Of a DNA stretch of 64,000 nt, positions 34,970 through 45,540 are shown piece by piece. The stretch comes from an uncultured Acidobacteriota bacterium. GTDB lineage: Bacteria; Acidobacteriota; Vicinamibacteria; Vicinamibacterales; UBA2999. The notes beneath the pieces were generated by a model that was given only the letters and a program-made list of their open reading frames with translations, was not told where the DNA came from and searched no databases. The DNA lies in contig CAWHBF010000023.1 in NCBI GenBank assembly GCA_963827515.1, forward strand, positions 511,281 to 575,280. The letters are read 5' to 3'. The stretch's first letter is position 1, and the number at the start of each line of letters is the position of its first letter. The translations under genes and the position numbers were made by a program.

Positions 34970-37368
34970 CTACGCCGGCGTGAGGGGAGGCGGGGTGTCC
35001 ACATCCGCTGGAATGACCCGCGTGAACTGCCCTCGCTGGAGCAATTCCCGTCCCTTCCCCCCTCGGCCGGTCACTTCGTACTTCGTCGTGCTGATCGTCT
35101 GCTCGCTGCCTCGACTCGTTTCGACGCGCATCAGGTCTCGATCGCCGACGGATGCGATGAAGCCAAGCACGTGGTCCTCGTCCCGCCAGCTTGATGAGAA
35201 TCACGCCCTTTCCAGGCCCCGACAGGTAGTTCACCTCGTCGGCACGGCACAACATCGCCCGTGCGTCGCGGGTGGCCGCAATCACAATCTCTTCACCCGT
35301 GATCCGTGTGACCCCGACCACCTCGACACCGTCGGACGGGCGTGCGAACCGGCGTCCGCTGCGCGTACTCGACCTCGACGAACGGCTCGAAGCCGAAGCG
35401 CAGGCTGTAGCCGTCGCTCGTGACCGCCAGCGCGTGGACCGGCGGGACCGCCCCCTCCTTGCGTGCCGCAATCGTGCCGATCGCCCGCGGATCCAGACTG
35501 AACGCAGCGATCACCTTCTCGCCGTCGCGCAGCTTGAAGAGTTTCTGGACCGGCTCCCCGTATCCGGTGGAGGCGGGGACATCCACGATGCGCGCGGTAT
35601 ACGCAATCCCGAGATTCGTGAAGAGGACGATCGACGCCCGTGTGCTTCCGGGCAGGACGGCCAGCACGGCGTCGCCCTCGCGGAGGCGCGTGGTCGAGAG
35701 GTCGCGCACTTCCTTCTGGCGTTTCAGCCAGCCATCGCGCGAGACGATCACGACGTTATCCTCATCCACGATGAAGTCGTCGGCGGTGAACTCGACCTCC
35801 TCGACCGACTCGATCAGCGTGCGCCGCTTGTCGGCCTTGACCGCGTACTTCTCCTGGATTTCCTCGAGCTCGTCGCGGACGACCTTCCAGCGCCCATCCT
35901 CGTTCTTCAACAACCCGCCGATCTGGCGCGCGCGTTTCTGCTTCTCGGCCAGCTCGTTCTGAATGACGAGAATCTCGAGCCGCGCGAGGCGGTAGAGCTT
36001 CAGTTCGAGAATGGCGTCGGTCTGCTCGGCGTCGAGACCGAAGCGCGTCATGATCTTCGCGGCGGCGTCGACCTTGCCGTCGGACTTGCGGATCACGCGG
36101 AGAATCTCGTCGAGCGCGTCGAAGACCTTCTCGAAACCCTCGAGGATGTGAATCCGCTTCCGCAGCGCGACGAGCTCGTGCTCCAGGCGGCGCGTGACGA
36201 CATCGAGACGAAAGTGGAGGAAGTGCCACAGAATCGCCTTGAGGTCGAGGCGTTCGGGTCGGCCAACCTCGGGATTCTCAGTCGGGATGAGGCACGTCAG
36301 GTTGACGATGAAGTTGGACTGGAGGGGCGTGTGCTTGAAGAGGTACGCCATCACCATCCGCGGATCGGCATCCTTCTTGAGCTCCAGCTCGATTCGCACG
36401 TCGTCGGTAGACACGTCCCTGATGTCGAGAAGAGGAGGCAGCTTGCGCGACAGCACGACGTCGGCGATTCGCTCGACGAGCACGGACTTGTTGGTGGCGT
36501 ACGGCACGCTGGTAATGAAGAGCTTCTGCCCGCCACGCGACGCCGGGCCTTCCTCCCATGTGGCACGGAGACGAACCGTGCCTGACCCGGTTCTGTAGAT
36601 CTCCTTGAGCTCGTCTGGTGAATTGAGGATCTGGCCGCCGGTCGGGAAATCAGGTCCTTTGACGTAGCGACAGAGCTGGACGCTGCTCAGATCCGGGTTG
36701 TCGAGCAGCTTCAGCAGGGCCGCGCACACCTCCGCAAGGTTGTGCGGCGGGACGTTCGTGGCCATCCCAACCGCGATTCCGGTCGTGCCGTTGATCAGAA
36801 GGTTCGGAATGCGCGCCGGGAGCACGACCGGCTCGGTCTTGGTGCCGTCGTAGTTGGGCTTGAAGGGAACCGTCGATTGCTCGATCTCCGAGAGCATCTC
36901 ATCGGAGATCCGCGCCAGGCGGCATTCGGTGTACCGCATCGCCGCCGCGCTGTCCCCGTCGAGCGAACCGAAATTGCCAGAGCCGTCGACCAGCGGATAC
37001 CGCAGCGCGAACGGCTGGGCCATGCGCACAAGAGTCTCGTAGAGCGCGGCATCGCCGTGAGGATGGAAGCTCCCCATGACATCGCCGACAACCTTCGCGC
37101 ACTTGCGATGCTTGGTGTCGGCAGTCAGGTTCTGCTGCCACATCGTATAGAGGATCCGGCGCTGCACCGGCTTGAGTCCGTCCCGGACGTCCGGCAGCGC
37201 TCGCGACGTGATGACAGAGAGCGCGTAGTTGAGATACCGGCTCTGCGCCGCGTCGTGCAGCGCCACCACGTCGCTGAACCCGCCCGGAGGAGGGGGCACG
37301 CGCGCAGGCGAATCAGGAGATTCCGGAAGATCGAACAGCGAAGGATCGGTTGCGCGCGCTTTGGCCAT
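34970..37368 (-). pseudogene. Type IIA topoisomerase subunit A (GyrA/ParC family) with two apparent 1-nt insertions in the C-terminal domain
   Basis: The N-terminus has [32 protein letters not shown] and the catalytic AAMRYTE. The frame changes near 35365-35385 (...FEPFVEV|[20 protein letters not shown]...). It changes again at the CCC run 35182-35184 (...GVILIKLA|DEDHVLGFIASVGDRDLMRVETS...TPA*). The start is taken at ATG 37368 because the GTG at 37395 lies inside a repeat arm. Confidence 0.85.
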
Positions 37369-37380
37369 CGATTGGTCGGG

Positions 37381-37498
37381 ACTATACAGAGCCACAGAGC
37401 CACAGGGTCACAGAGAAAATCAAAATGCTCTGTGTCTCTGCGACTCTGTGGCCCGTTGGAACGATTCGTGATTCTTGATCCATCCGTTCCTGTTTAGA
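37381..37498. repeat. CACAGAG-family hairpin element, long variant with a conserved tail
   Basis: The sequence is actatacagagccacagagccacagggtcacagagaaaatcaaaatgctctgtgtctctgcgactctgtggcccgttggaacgattcgtgattcttgatccatccgttcctgtttaga. It is a paralogue of 10172-10287. Confidence 0.85.
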
Positions 37499-38888
37499 TT
37501 GCGAACATCTTACCCGGGTTCATCAGGTTGTCCGGGTCGAGGGTGCGTTTGATTGCCTTCATGACATCGAGCGCCTCGCCGTGCTCGTCGGCAAGGTAAT
37601 CGATCTTCCCGATGCCTACGCCGTGCTCGCCGCTGCAGGTACCACCCACCGCCATCGCGCGACGCACGAGCCGTGCGTTGAGCTCGGTGGCGACCGCCAG
37701 CTCGGTGGGATCGTCTGGATCGATCACGAAGATCAGGTGGAAGTTGCCGTCGCCGACGTGCCCCATCAACGGCGCAACCAAGCTCGAGCCCTGAATGTCG
37801 CGGCGCGTCTCGAGCACGCAGTGCGCCAACTGGGAAATGGGCACGCAGACGTCCGTCGTCCACGCCTTGCACCCGGGGCGGAGCGCGACGGCCGCGTAGA
37901 AGGCGTTGTGACGCGCATGCCACAGCTTTGCCCGATCTTCAGGCGTGGTCGCCCAACTGAACCCGGACCCTCCGTGTTCAGAGGCGAGTTCCTGCACGGT
38001 GCGCGCATGCTCCGCCACGCTCTCCTGACTCGTGCCGTGGAACTCGAAAAAGAGCGTCGGTTTCAAGGGATAGGACAGCCGGGAGTACCGATTGACCGCG
38101 TCCATCTGCAGTTCGTCCAGGAGTTCGATTCGAGCGACGGGAATACCAAGCTGAATCGTGGTCATCACCGTGCTGACCGCACCCTCCATCGTTTCAAAGG
38201 GACAGACCGCAGCGGAAACGGCTTCGGGAAGACCGTGCAATCGGAGGGTGATCTCGGTCATGACTCCGAGCGTTCCCTCGGACCCCACGAAGAGACGCGT
38301 GAGGTCGTAGCCAGACGACGACTTGCGCGCGCGGCCACCGGTGCGAATGACCCGCCCGTCAGCAAGGACTACCGTGAGACCCAGCACGGCTTCGCGCATC
38401 GTGCCGTAGCGGACCGCCGTGGTGCCCGACGCCCGCGTCGCCGCCATGCCGCCAATCGTGGCATCGGCGCCGGGATCGACCCAGAAGTGGACGCCGGTGT
38501 TGGCCAGCGCCTTGTTGAGCTGGCGGTGCGTGACGCCGGCTTCGACCTGGCAGTCGAGATCGTCGGCGCTGACGCGCAGCACACGATTCATGCGCGTCAG
38601 ATCAATCGAAATGCCGCCGTAGATGGCGTTGACGTGCCCCTCGAGGGAGGACCCGACGCCGAAGGGTACGACCGGCGCACGATGCACGTTCGCCAGACGA
38701 ACGATTGCGCAGACCTCCTCGGTGTTCGTCGGAAACACGACGACGTCCGGCAATCCTGGGACATGCCACGATTCACCGTGACTGTGGTGTTCGATCTGCG
38801 TTGGATTGGTCGTGCATCGATCGCCGAGCAGCGCGTGCAGGTCTGCCGCGAGGGCCGCGCGGGTCGTATCTGACAAGGCGATGGCCAT
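37494..38888 (-). CDS. FAD-linked oxidase (GlcD / D-lactate dehydrogenase family)
   Basis: The start is taken at ATG 38888 (MAIALSD...). The FAD-binding PCMH region has VVVFPTNTEEVCAIVRLANVHRAPVVPFGVGSSLEG. The C-terminal motif is SGEHGVGIGK. Confidence 0.85.
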   Translation of the reverse strand: MAIALSDTTRAALAADLHALLGDRCTTNPTQIEHHSHGESWHVPGLPDVVVFPTNTEEVCAIVRLANVHRAPVVPFGVGSSLEGHVNAIYGGISIDLTRMNRVLRVSADDLDCQVEAGVTHRQLNKALANTGVHFWVDPGADATIGGMAATRASGTTAVRYGTMREAVLGLTVVLADGRVIRTGGRARKSSSGYDLTRLFVGSEGTLGVMTEITLRLHGLPEAVSAAVCPFETMEGAVSTVMTTIQLGIPVARIELLDELQMDAVNRYSRLSYPLKPTLFFEFHGTSQESVAEHARTVQELASEHGGSGFSWATTPEDRAKLWHARHNAFYAAVALRPGCKAWTTDVCVPISQLAHCVLETRRDIQGSSLVAPLMGHVGDGNFHLIFVIDPDDPTELAVATELNARLVRRAMAVGGTCSGEHGVGIGKIDYLADEHGEALDVMKAIKRTLDPDNLMNPGKMFAI

Positions 38889-38919
38889 AAGGAACGTATT
38901 ATCCGCGAGGTCGGCCCAG

Positions 38920-40788
38920 TCACTCGATCCGCAAGTGTTCCATGGTGATCGGTGTCTGGCTCCTGGTCGTGTCCGTCTGACGCACGATTGGGGGCGGCGC
39001 CGCCACGTCGTCCCGCGCATCCGCGAGATCGAAGAGTGCCACCGTCCCGGGCCCCTGTCCCGTATGGAGAAACACCGGTGGGTCGTCCAACCGCCGTAAC
39101 GTGCGCTGCCCGGAGAAACGGGCTCTGACTGCCTCGAGTTCCTCTTCCTCGACCAGCAGATACGGATGGACGTCACGTGCCGTCAGCCATTCCACGGCGC
39201 GGTCGAACCACTGCGGATCGACCCAGTCGTAGCGCATCGTCACGCGACCGCCGTAGTACCGCGTGCTCCCACTGTGCAGCACGCTCAGGATCACGCTGTT
39301 GGGCTCCGTCGTTTCGCGCACCAGGCGTCCAACGGATGGGTAGTGACGGTCGCCCTCCCAGAGCCTGAACGACTCGCGGTCAGCAGCGATATGCAGGGTG
39401 TGTGCGCCGAGGAACACCAGCAGGGCCGCCGTGACGATTTGACGGGTCGCGGATGCGTCCCGGGTCGCGGACACCGCGACAGCGCCGACGCCAAGCAGCA
39501 GAAATGGCCAAATCGGGAGCAGCAGACGAAGGGCCCACCAGTCGTCGAAACGCAAGTAGAAGCAGTAGAAGACACAGATGGCGAGTGCAAAAGCGGCCGA
39601 AATGCTCACGGCTCTGCGGTCGCGTGCGCCGGACCATATTCGAGCGGCTGGCGACAGGAGCGCCGCGACGCCAACCAGCACAAGCGGTGTCTGCGACTCG
39701 ACCAGCCAGGTGAAGTAGCTCCACGCATTCGGCCAGAAATGCGTCACACCGAAATACGCGTCGATCTGTCCGTAGCCGGATCTCAGCGGAGAACCATTCA
39801 TCACGGCATTGAAGATGGCGATGAAAAGGATTCCCGGAGCCACGCCGAGACAGAACACGATGCCTTCACCCAGCGTGCGCCGCCGTGCCACCGCATCGGA
39901 GCCCCACATCGCCCGCAGATACCACGCGGCCATGATCGGTACGCCGAAAACCAGGTTCGGCCGAATCGCAACCGCGATCGCCGCGGCGACTCCGGCGAGG
40001 GCCGCAGATCTCCGTGTCGGACCGAAGAGAAAGTAGAACGCCACCGCCCATGCTGCCGCGGCTGGTACGTCGCTCATCGGCGCCATCGCCATCATGAGCA
40101 AGGCCGGGCTCGTCGCCACGAGCCACGACCCGATCAATCCAGCCGTGGGTGAAGCCAATCGACATCCGAGCCCATACGTGGCGAACACGAAAAGTCCGGT
40201 CATGATGGGCACGACCCAGAACAGCGCTTCTTGCCCTCCCACGACCTTTGCTCCGGCCATGAGCAGTGGGAGCCCAGGAGGATACGTGGGAATCAGATCG
40301 GACGGTGTGCGACCGAGCGCTTCCGAGTAGTAGCCGAGCGGCGTGAAGGTCTGATTCGGGAACGGCCACGGCACGGCACTCACCCACGGTTGCTCGATGG
40401 CTAACGCCCCATGCAGCCAACCCTCGGCCTGACTTACGTAGCCGTAGCTGTCCGCGGCACCCACCGCGGTCGTGGCATACGCGAGGGTTGTGGCAAAGGT
40501 TGCGCCCGCCAGCAATCCGGCAAGCCAGTGGTGGCCAGACCTGCCCAAAGTCGACAGACGGCTCCACCAGCCGAGCTCGCGCTCAGAGAACACCGCGAAC
40601 AGAACCGCTGCGACAAGGCCGGCAATCAACGGTCGGTAAGGATCGCGTGACCTGACCGCGAAGCCCATGACGTTCACGGCAAACCCGCCGCCCATGGACA
40701 GAACGATTCCCCACCCGAAGGCGACCAGGCAAAGGACACCGACCGCGCCCGCACACACGCGAACGGCGCCACGAGGATTGCGTGACAT
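38920..40788 (-). CDS. Polytopic membrane protein, ArnT/PMT (GT39)-like glycosyltransferase
   Basis: The start is taken at ATG 40788, directly after the upstream stop. There are many TM segments, and TYPPGLPLLMAGAKVVGG... resembles the PMT_2 family. The assignment is tentative. Confidence 0.55.
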   Translation of the reverse strand: MSRNPRGAVRVCAGAVGVLCLVAFGWGIVLSMGGGFAVNVMGFAVRSRDPYRPLIAGLVAAVLFAVFSERELGWWSRLSTLGRSGHHWLAGLLAGATFATTLAYATTAVGAADSYGYVSQAEGWLHGALAIEQPWVSAVPWPFPNQTFTPLGYYSEALGRTPSDLIPTYPPGLPLLMAGAKVVGGQEALFWVVPIMTGLFVFATYGLGCRLASPTAGLIGSWLVATSPALLMMAMAPMSDVPAAAAWAVAFYFLFGPTRRSAALAGVAAAIAVAIRPNLVFGVPIMAAWYLRAMWGSDAVARRRTLGEGIVFCLGVAPGILFIAIFNAVMNGSPLRSGYGQIDAYFGVTHFWPNAWSYFTWLVESQTPLVLVGVAALLSPAARIWSGARDRRAVSISAAFALAICVFYCFYLRFDDWWALRLLLPIWPFLLLGVGAVAVSATRDASATRQIVTAALLVFLGAHTLHIAADRESFRLWEGDRHYPSVGRLVRETTEPNSVILSVLHSGSTRYYGGRVTMRYDWVDPQWFDRAVEWLTARDVHPYLLVEEEELEAVRARFSGQRTLRRLDDPPVFLHTGQGPGTVALFDLADARDDVAAPPPIVRQTDTTRSQTPITMEHLRIE

Positions 40789-40790
40789 GG

Positions 40791-42541
40791 TCAGGGAGCA
40801 ACGGTCGGACAGGCCTCGATCGGCGTCGAGGCGCCCGCCACGGTCCGCAGCGCCTCGCACAACCGGCCACGCTCGCTCGCCGGCAGTGACCCATCGATGA
40901 ACGCCAGCATGAGCTTCGCCTGCGCCCGACCCGCATCTTGATCGAGGACGTCCTGGAAGTGGGCACGCGACTCCTTGGGGCGACCGTTCAGCAACGCGAA
41001 GACACCCAGCCCCATCGAAGCATCCTGGGACGCCGGATTGAGAACGCGGAGTTGCCGGAGGGTCTCCTCGGCTTCGGTGAGCCGCTGACCCGTGATCAGA
41101 CAGCGCGCGAGCATCGTGTACGGATACTCATCCACCGGCCGAATCAGAATGGCGGCGCGATACTGGGGCACCGCGTCCTCGCAGCGTCCACTCTGTCGCA
41201 GGGCATCCGCCGCCAGGATTCGCGGCATCCAATGACGTGGCGCCAGGTTCACCGCTTCTTGCGAGAGTTCGACCGGGTCCTGCCAAATCGCATTCCGAAC
41301 GACGGTCTGGAACCCCAGGGCCGCCAAAAACAGGGCGGCTCCGGCAGCAACGAACTTCCGTCGATCTGCCCGGACCCACATCCCGCTGAACGCGCACCCC
41401 CAGGCCAGGAAGAGACCAGCAGCCGAAAGGTAGACGCGATGTTCGGCCATCGGCTCGCCGAGACCGAGGACCAACAGAGCGCTCGACGGCACGAGGAGCA
41501 ACGCGAACCAAAGCAGTCCAAAGGTGATGAGGCTGTGTACGCGGCGCAGCCGCCACGCGAGGCCAACGAAACCTGCAAGGCCAATGAGCCCGCCGATTGC
41601 ACGGGGCGAAAGCAGACTGTCGATGAACGGCACCGCGTGGAAGATCGACTGGCCGCGTGGCGAGAAGAGCATCAGGAGATATCGCCAGAAGGCGTCCACG
41701 GCTACGAGCGCCAAGCGCCAATCCAGGCCCGCTTCCCCGGGGTACTCCACCAACATGAGCACTGCGACTCGTGCCGCACCCGCCACGACCGTCGCGGCGA
41801 TCATCGGCAGTAGCAGCCTCGAGAGTCTACGCCGCCGCTCGGATCGATCCGCATCCAGGACGACCCGGTCGTAAACGAGCAGCACGAAGGGCAACATGAC
41901 CGCCGACTCCTTCGCCAGGATGGCGACAGCCCACAGCCCCACGCAGGCAACCCACCACCGCGCGCCGCCGCCAAGCATCCAGCGCCGGCCCGCGAGAAAC
42001 GCCAGCAGGAAGAACGTGGAATAGGCGACCTCCGACCGGCCGCTGATGTAGCCGACTGCCTGGGTCAGCATCGGGTGCACCGCCAACACGGCCGATGTGA
42101 CGAAGCCAACGACCCTCGGGGATGCATCAGCCCACAGACGCTGGCCGGCCTGCCGTCCGCGGTCTTCCGAGGCGAGAACAGCCGCCCAGAAAATCAGCAG
42201 GACGTTGACGGTGTGCAACAGTAGGTTAGTCACGTGGTACCCAGGGGGCGCTGCCCCCAGAGCCACGTGTCGAGGGCATACGAGAGCGTCACGATCGGGC
42301 GCGTGATGTCGCGCTCGAGGACAGATCGGATATTGGACGCGTTCAGGATCGACGTGTTTTCGACAATCAGGGGAAAATCGTCATAGACGAACGGATTGTC
42401 GAGGGCGTTCAGGTATACCAGGACAGCGAGCAGGGCTGCGCAGCCGGCTGGCAAGAACAGGCGAAACCGTCCACCTGGAGCGGGATCGTTCGGAGTAGAG
42501 CCGATAACAAACGACATGGCCCGTCGTGCGATTGTATGCAA
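40791..42541 (-). pseudogene. TMTC-like membrane protein with C-terminal TPR repeats, with an apparent 1-nt deletion in a homopolymer
   Basis: The N-terminal ORF ends ...NPFVYDDFPLIVEN...TLSYALDTWLWGQRPLGTT*. The next frame continues ...PPGYHVTNLLLHTVNVLLIF. The junction lies in two 5-nt runs (GGGGG at 42244-42248 and CCCCC at 42254-42258). The C-terminus has TPR-like repeats. Confidence 0.7.
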
Positions 42542-42583
42542 ACACTACGCGTGCTGCACGATTCCACGGCACAAGGCGAACGC

Positions 42584-43627
42584 ATGATGACCGGCGTCAG
42601 CTTCGTCGTTCCGGTGCACAACGGCGGCGCGCACCTCGCGGAAACGCTCGCGTCGATCGCGGCGCAGGCGGACGGGCGGCCGATGGAGATCATCGTCGTC
42701 GAAGACGGCAGCACCGACGGCTCCGCGGCCCTGTTGCGATCACTGGCCGCAGCCTCGCGATTGACGATCGTCGCGGGCCCAGGCCGAGGCGCCGCAGCTG
42801 CGGTGAATGCGGGAGTGAGGCTCGCGTCTCAGCCAATCGTGTGTCAGGTCGATCAGGACGTCGTGCTGGGACACGGCTGGATGCGGACGCTCGTCGAGGC
42901 GCTCGACGACCCGACGGTGGGGGCCGCACAAGGGTGCTACGTCACCGATCCCCGTGGATCGTTTTTCACGCGCGTCATGGGGCTCGACCTTGAACAACGA
43001 TATTCGCGTCTGGGCGCGCACCTGGACCACGTCTGTACTGGAAACACGGCCTATCGGGTCACCGCCCTTCAAGCGGTCGGGTTGCTGGACGAGTCACTCG
43101 GCTACGGCTACGACAACGACTTGAGCTATCGTCTGCAGGCAGCAGGCTATCGGTTGGCGTTCTGCCGCGAGGCGCGCAGTCACCATCGGTGGCGTGAGGG
43201 CCTGGTGGGTTATCTGGCACAGCAGTACGGTTTCGGCTATGGTCGCCTGGATGTCATCGCCCGGCATCCCACACGCCTCACGGGCGACGCGGTGTCGCCA
43301 GCGGGCATGATGGGACATCCGCTCGTGATGGGAGTGGCGCTGAGCTTGCTGGTGGCAGGGGCGGCGTTGGCGATCCTGTCTGGAGGCGGCTTCGGGTTGC
43401 TTGCCGCGGGTGGTGTGCTTCTGCTGGCGTTGGCCATCGAGAGGGCGATCGCCGGCGCACGCGCCTGCAAGCAGTTCGGCGATGCGGCGGCACTCGCCTT
43501 CCCCCTCGTCCACATGGCGCGCGACCTTGCCTGGCTCGCAGCCGTCCTCGCGTGGGCTTTTCGACGCCTGCTGCGACGACCTCTGCGGCCCGAGCACAGC
43601 ATGACAGCCAGGCCCGCTTCGAGATGA
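42584..43627 (+). CDS. Family 2 glycosyltransferase with a C-terminal membrane region
   Basis: The start is ATG 42584 (MMTGVSFVVPVHNGGAHLAETLASIAAQ). IIVVEDGSTDGS and a DxD-like QVDQD are present. The C-terminus is hydrophobic. Confidence 0.8.
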   Translation: MMTGVSFVVPVHNGGAHLAETLASIAAQADGRPMEIIVVEDGSTDGSAALLRSLAAASRLTIVAGPGRGAAAAVNAGVRLASQPIVCQVDQDVVLGHGWMRTLVEALDDPTVGAAQGCYVTDPRGSFFTRVMGLDLEQRYSRLGAHLDHVCTGNTAYRVTALQAVGLLDESLGYGYDNDLSYRLQAAGYRLAFCREARSHHRWREGLVGYLAQQYGFGYGRLDVIARHPTRLTGDAVSPAGMMGHPLVMGVALSLLVAGAALAILSGGGFGLLAAGGVLLLALAIERAIAGARACKQFGDAAALAFPLVHMARDLAWLAAVLAWAFRRLLRRPLRPEHSMTARPASR

Positions 43628-44337
43628 TCCCCACGCGACGCGTGCTGACGCTCATTCCGGCTTACAACGAGGCTCCGAGCCTTCGGACCGTGGTGGCCGA
43701 CCTCCGCAGACAACGCGGGGATGTGGATCTCCTCGTCGTGAACGACGGCTCCACCGACGGGACCGCGGCCCTCTTGCGTGAACTGAACGTGAAATGGCTC
43801 TACTGGCCGGAGCGACGCGGGGTGGGCAGCGCCCTCCGTGCGGGCCTTCGCTATGCGGCCCGCCAAGGCTATGACGTGGTCGTCCGCCTCGATGCCGACG
43901 GACAGCACGACGTCAACGATATCGCGCGTCTGTTGATACCCCTCTCTGTTGGCGCGGCCGACGTCGTGCTCGGATCCCGTTTTTCGGCTTCGCACCGAAG
44001 CCGTCATCCAGGACCAATCCAGCGGGCGCTCGGAGCGTTGCTGTCGATCATCACCAGACGAACGGTCACCGATCCGACGTCCGGATTCTGGGCGCTCGGC
44101 CCGCGCGCCGTGGCTCTGCTCGCCGAGCATCTTCCCGACGGCTATCCCGAACCCGAACTGCACCTCTTCCTGAGCCGGAACGCGATGCGTGTGGTGGAAG
44201 TCGACGTCGAATGGCGCGCTCGGCTTCACGGTCGCAGTTCCCTGACTCTGGCACGTCTGGTCAAAGCTGGCGCCCGCGTCGCCCTGGCCGTGATCATCGT
44301 GCCGTTCCGCGCGAGCGTCGGGGTCACTCGTGACTGA
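43624..44337 (+). CDS. Family 2 glycosyltransferase (polyprenol-phosphate sugar synthase-like)
   Basis: ATGA overlap with the upstream stop. LIPAYNEAPSL, LLVVNDGSTDGT, VVRLDADGQHD and DPTSGFWA are present. Confidence 0.85.
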   Translation: MIPTRRVLTLIPAYNEAPSLRTVVADLRRQRGDVDLLVVNDGSTDGTAALLRELNVKWLYWPERRGVGSALRAGLRYAARQGYDVVVRLDADGQHDVNDIARLLIPLSVGAADVVLGSRFSASHRSRHPGPIQRALGALLSIITRRTVTDPTSGFWALGPRAVALLAEHLPDGYPEPELHLFLSRNAMRVVEVDVEWRARLHGRSSLTLARLVKAGARVALAVIIVPFRASVGVTRD

Positions 44338-44752
44338 TCGCGTTCAGGTGGTCGCACTGGTGTGCAGCGTGCTGTTGCTGCTGCTCGTCCTCGAGTTAGT
44401 GCGTCGGCGACGACTGTCCGAGGAGTACTCGGCACTCTGGATCGTCCTCGCGGTGTCCCTGATCGGGATCTCGCTCCGCCGCGACGTGCTGGACAGCGCG
44501 GCGAAGTGGCTCGGTGTCTACTATCCGCCCGCCGTACTGGTACTCATGTTGGTGGCCATCATCTCGGTGGCCGCGCTTTCGTTCTCGGTGATCCTGTCGC
44601 GCCACCAGCGGCAGATCGACCGCCTCATCGAGGAGAACGCGATCATGGGCGCCGAGCTTCGGGAACTGCGTTCCAACCTCACTGTACCCACCAAGAGCGA
44701 GCGCTCCGACGGAGCACAAGAACCAGTGCGCGCGGCCGCCCGGGAGCGGTAG
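44330..44752 (+). CDS. DUF2304-like small membrane protein
   Basis: 140 aa. It overlaps the upstream GT2 gene end. LELVRRRRLSEEYSALWIVLAVSLIG is typical of the family commonly found after GT2 genes. Confidence 0.65.
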   Translation: MTDRVQVVALVCSVLLLLLVLELVRRRRLSEEYSALWIVLAVSLIGISLRRDVLDSAAKWLGVYYPPAVLVLMLVAIISVAALSFSVILSRHQRQIDRLIEENAIMGAELRELRSNLTVPTKSERSDGAQEPVRAAARER

Positions 44753-44765
44753 GAGCAGGCGGTCG

Positions 44766-45540
44766 GTGAAATCACCTTTTACGGCGAAGACGCTCTCGTT
44801 CCTTCGGTCGCTGAAGCGGAACAACGATCGAGAGTGGTTCCGGATACGCAAAGCCCAGTACCGAGGAACACGTGCGCGGACCGATGGTGGCGCTGCTCGA
44901 TCGGCTCGCTGTCGATCTACGAAGCTTCGCGCCGGAGCTCGTCTGCGAACCGAGGGTGTCGCTTTATCGAATCTACCGCGACACCCGCTTCAGCGCGGAC
45001 AAGTCGCCACTCAAGACGCACGTCGCCGCGCACTTTCCTCCGCGAGGATTTCCTCGCGGTGAAGGCGCCGGGCTCTACTTTCACGTCGCCCCCAGCGAGG
45101 TCTGGATCGGCGGCGGACTCTACATGCCCTCGTCATCGGATCTTCGGCTGATTCGGGAGCACATCGCGGCCAATCACAAGGGGCTCAGCCGAATCGTGAA
45201 CGGCGCCATGTTCCGCCAAGCCGTCGGCACGCTCGACGGTGAACAACTGTCCACGATGCCTCGCGGTTACCTCAAAGTGCATCCCGCCGCGCACTACCTG
45301 CGCTTCAAGCAGTTTCTTGCCGGGCGGGAATTCGAGGCGGCGTTCGCGACCGACGATCGTTTCTATTCCGAGTTGTTGAACATCTTCCGGGCTGTCGCAC
45401 CCCTGGTGCGCTTCCTGAACGCTCCGCTCGTCGAGCAGCGACGAGGGATCATGCAATCCCACCCGAGACGGAACCACGCAGACGTGCCAGATCCCCAGCA
45501 AGACGCTCGGCATCCTCGATCGAAAGCGTCGAGATGGTGA
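44766..45540 (+). pseudogene. DUF2461 (TIGR02453) family protein with an apparent 1-nt insertion
   Basis: The first frame is FTAKTLSFLRSLKRNNDREWFRIRKAQY. The second frame is EEHVRGPMVALLDRLAVDL...SLYRIYRDTRFSADKSPLKTH. The junction is taCCgag at 44859-44863. The 3' end overlaps the convergent MocR gene by about 90 nt. Confidence 0.75.

Noticed and set aside
33345-35471. A 708-aa ORF appears to be a single large gene.
   Set aside because: It is a chimera. Its first ~200 codons are out-of-frame or frameshifted topoisomerase A C-terminal sequence plus Arg-rich junk. The real NYN/LOTUS gene starts at ATG 34856.
38920-44752. I considered whether the glycosylation cluster (GT39-like, TMTC/TPR-like, two GT2 genes, DUF2304) is a novel system.
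   Set aside because: The gene set matches common polyprenol-phosphate sugar / protein or glycan mannosylation-type clusters. Nothing beyond the frameshift is unusual.
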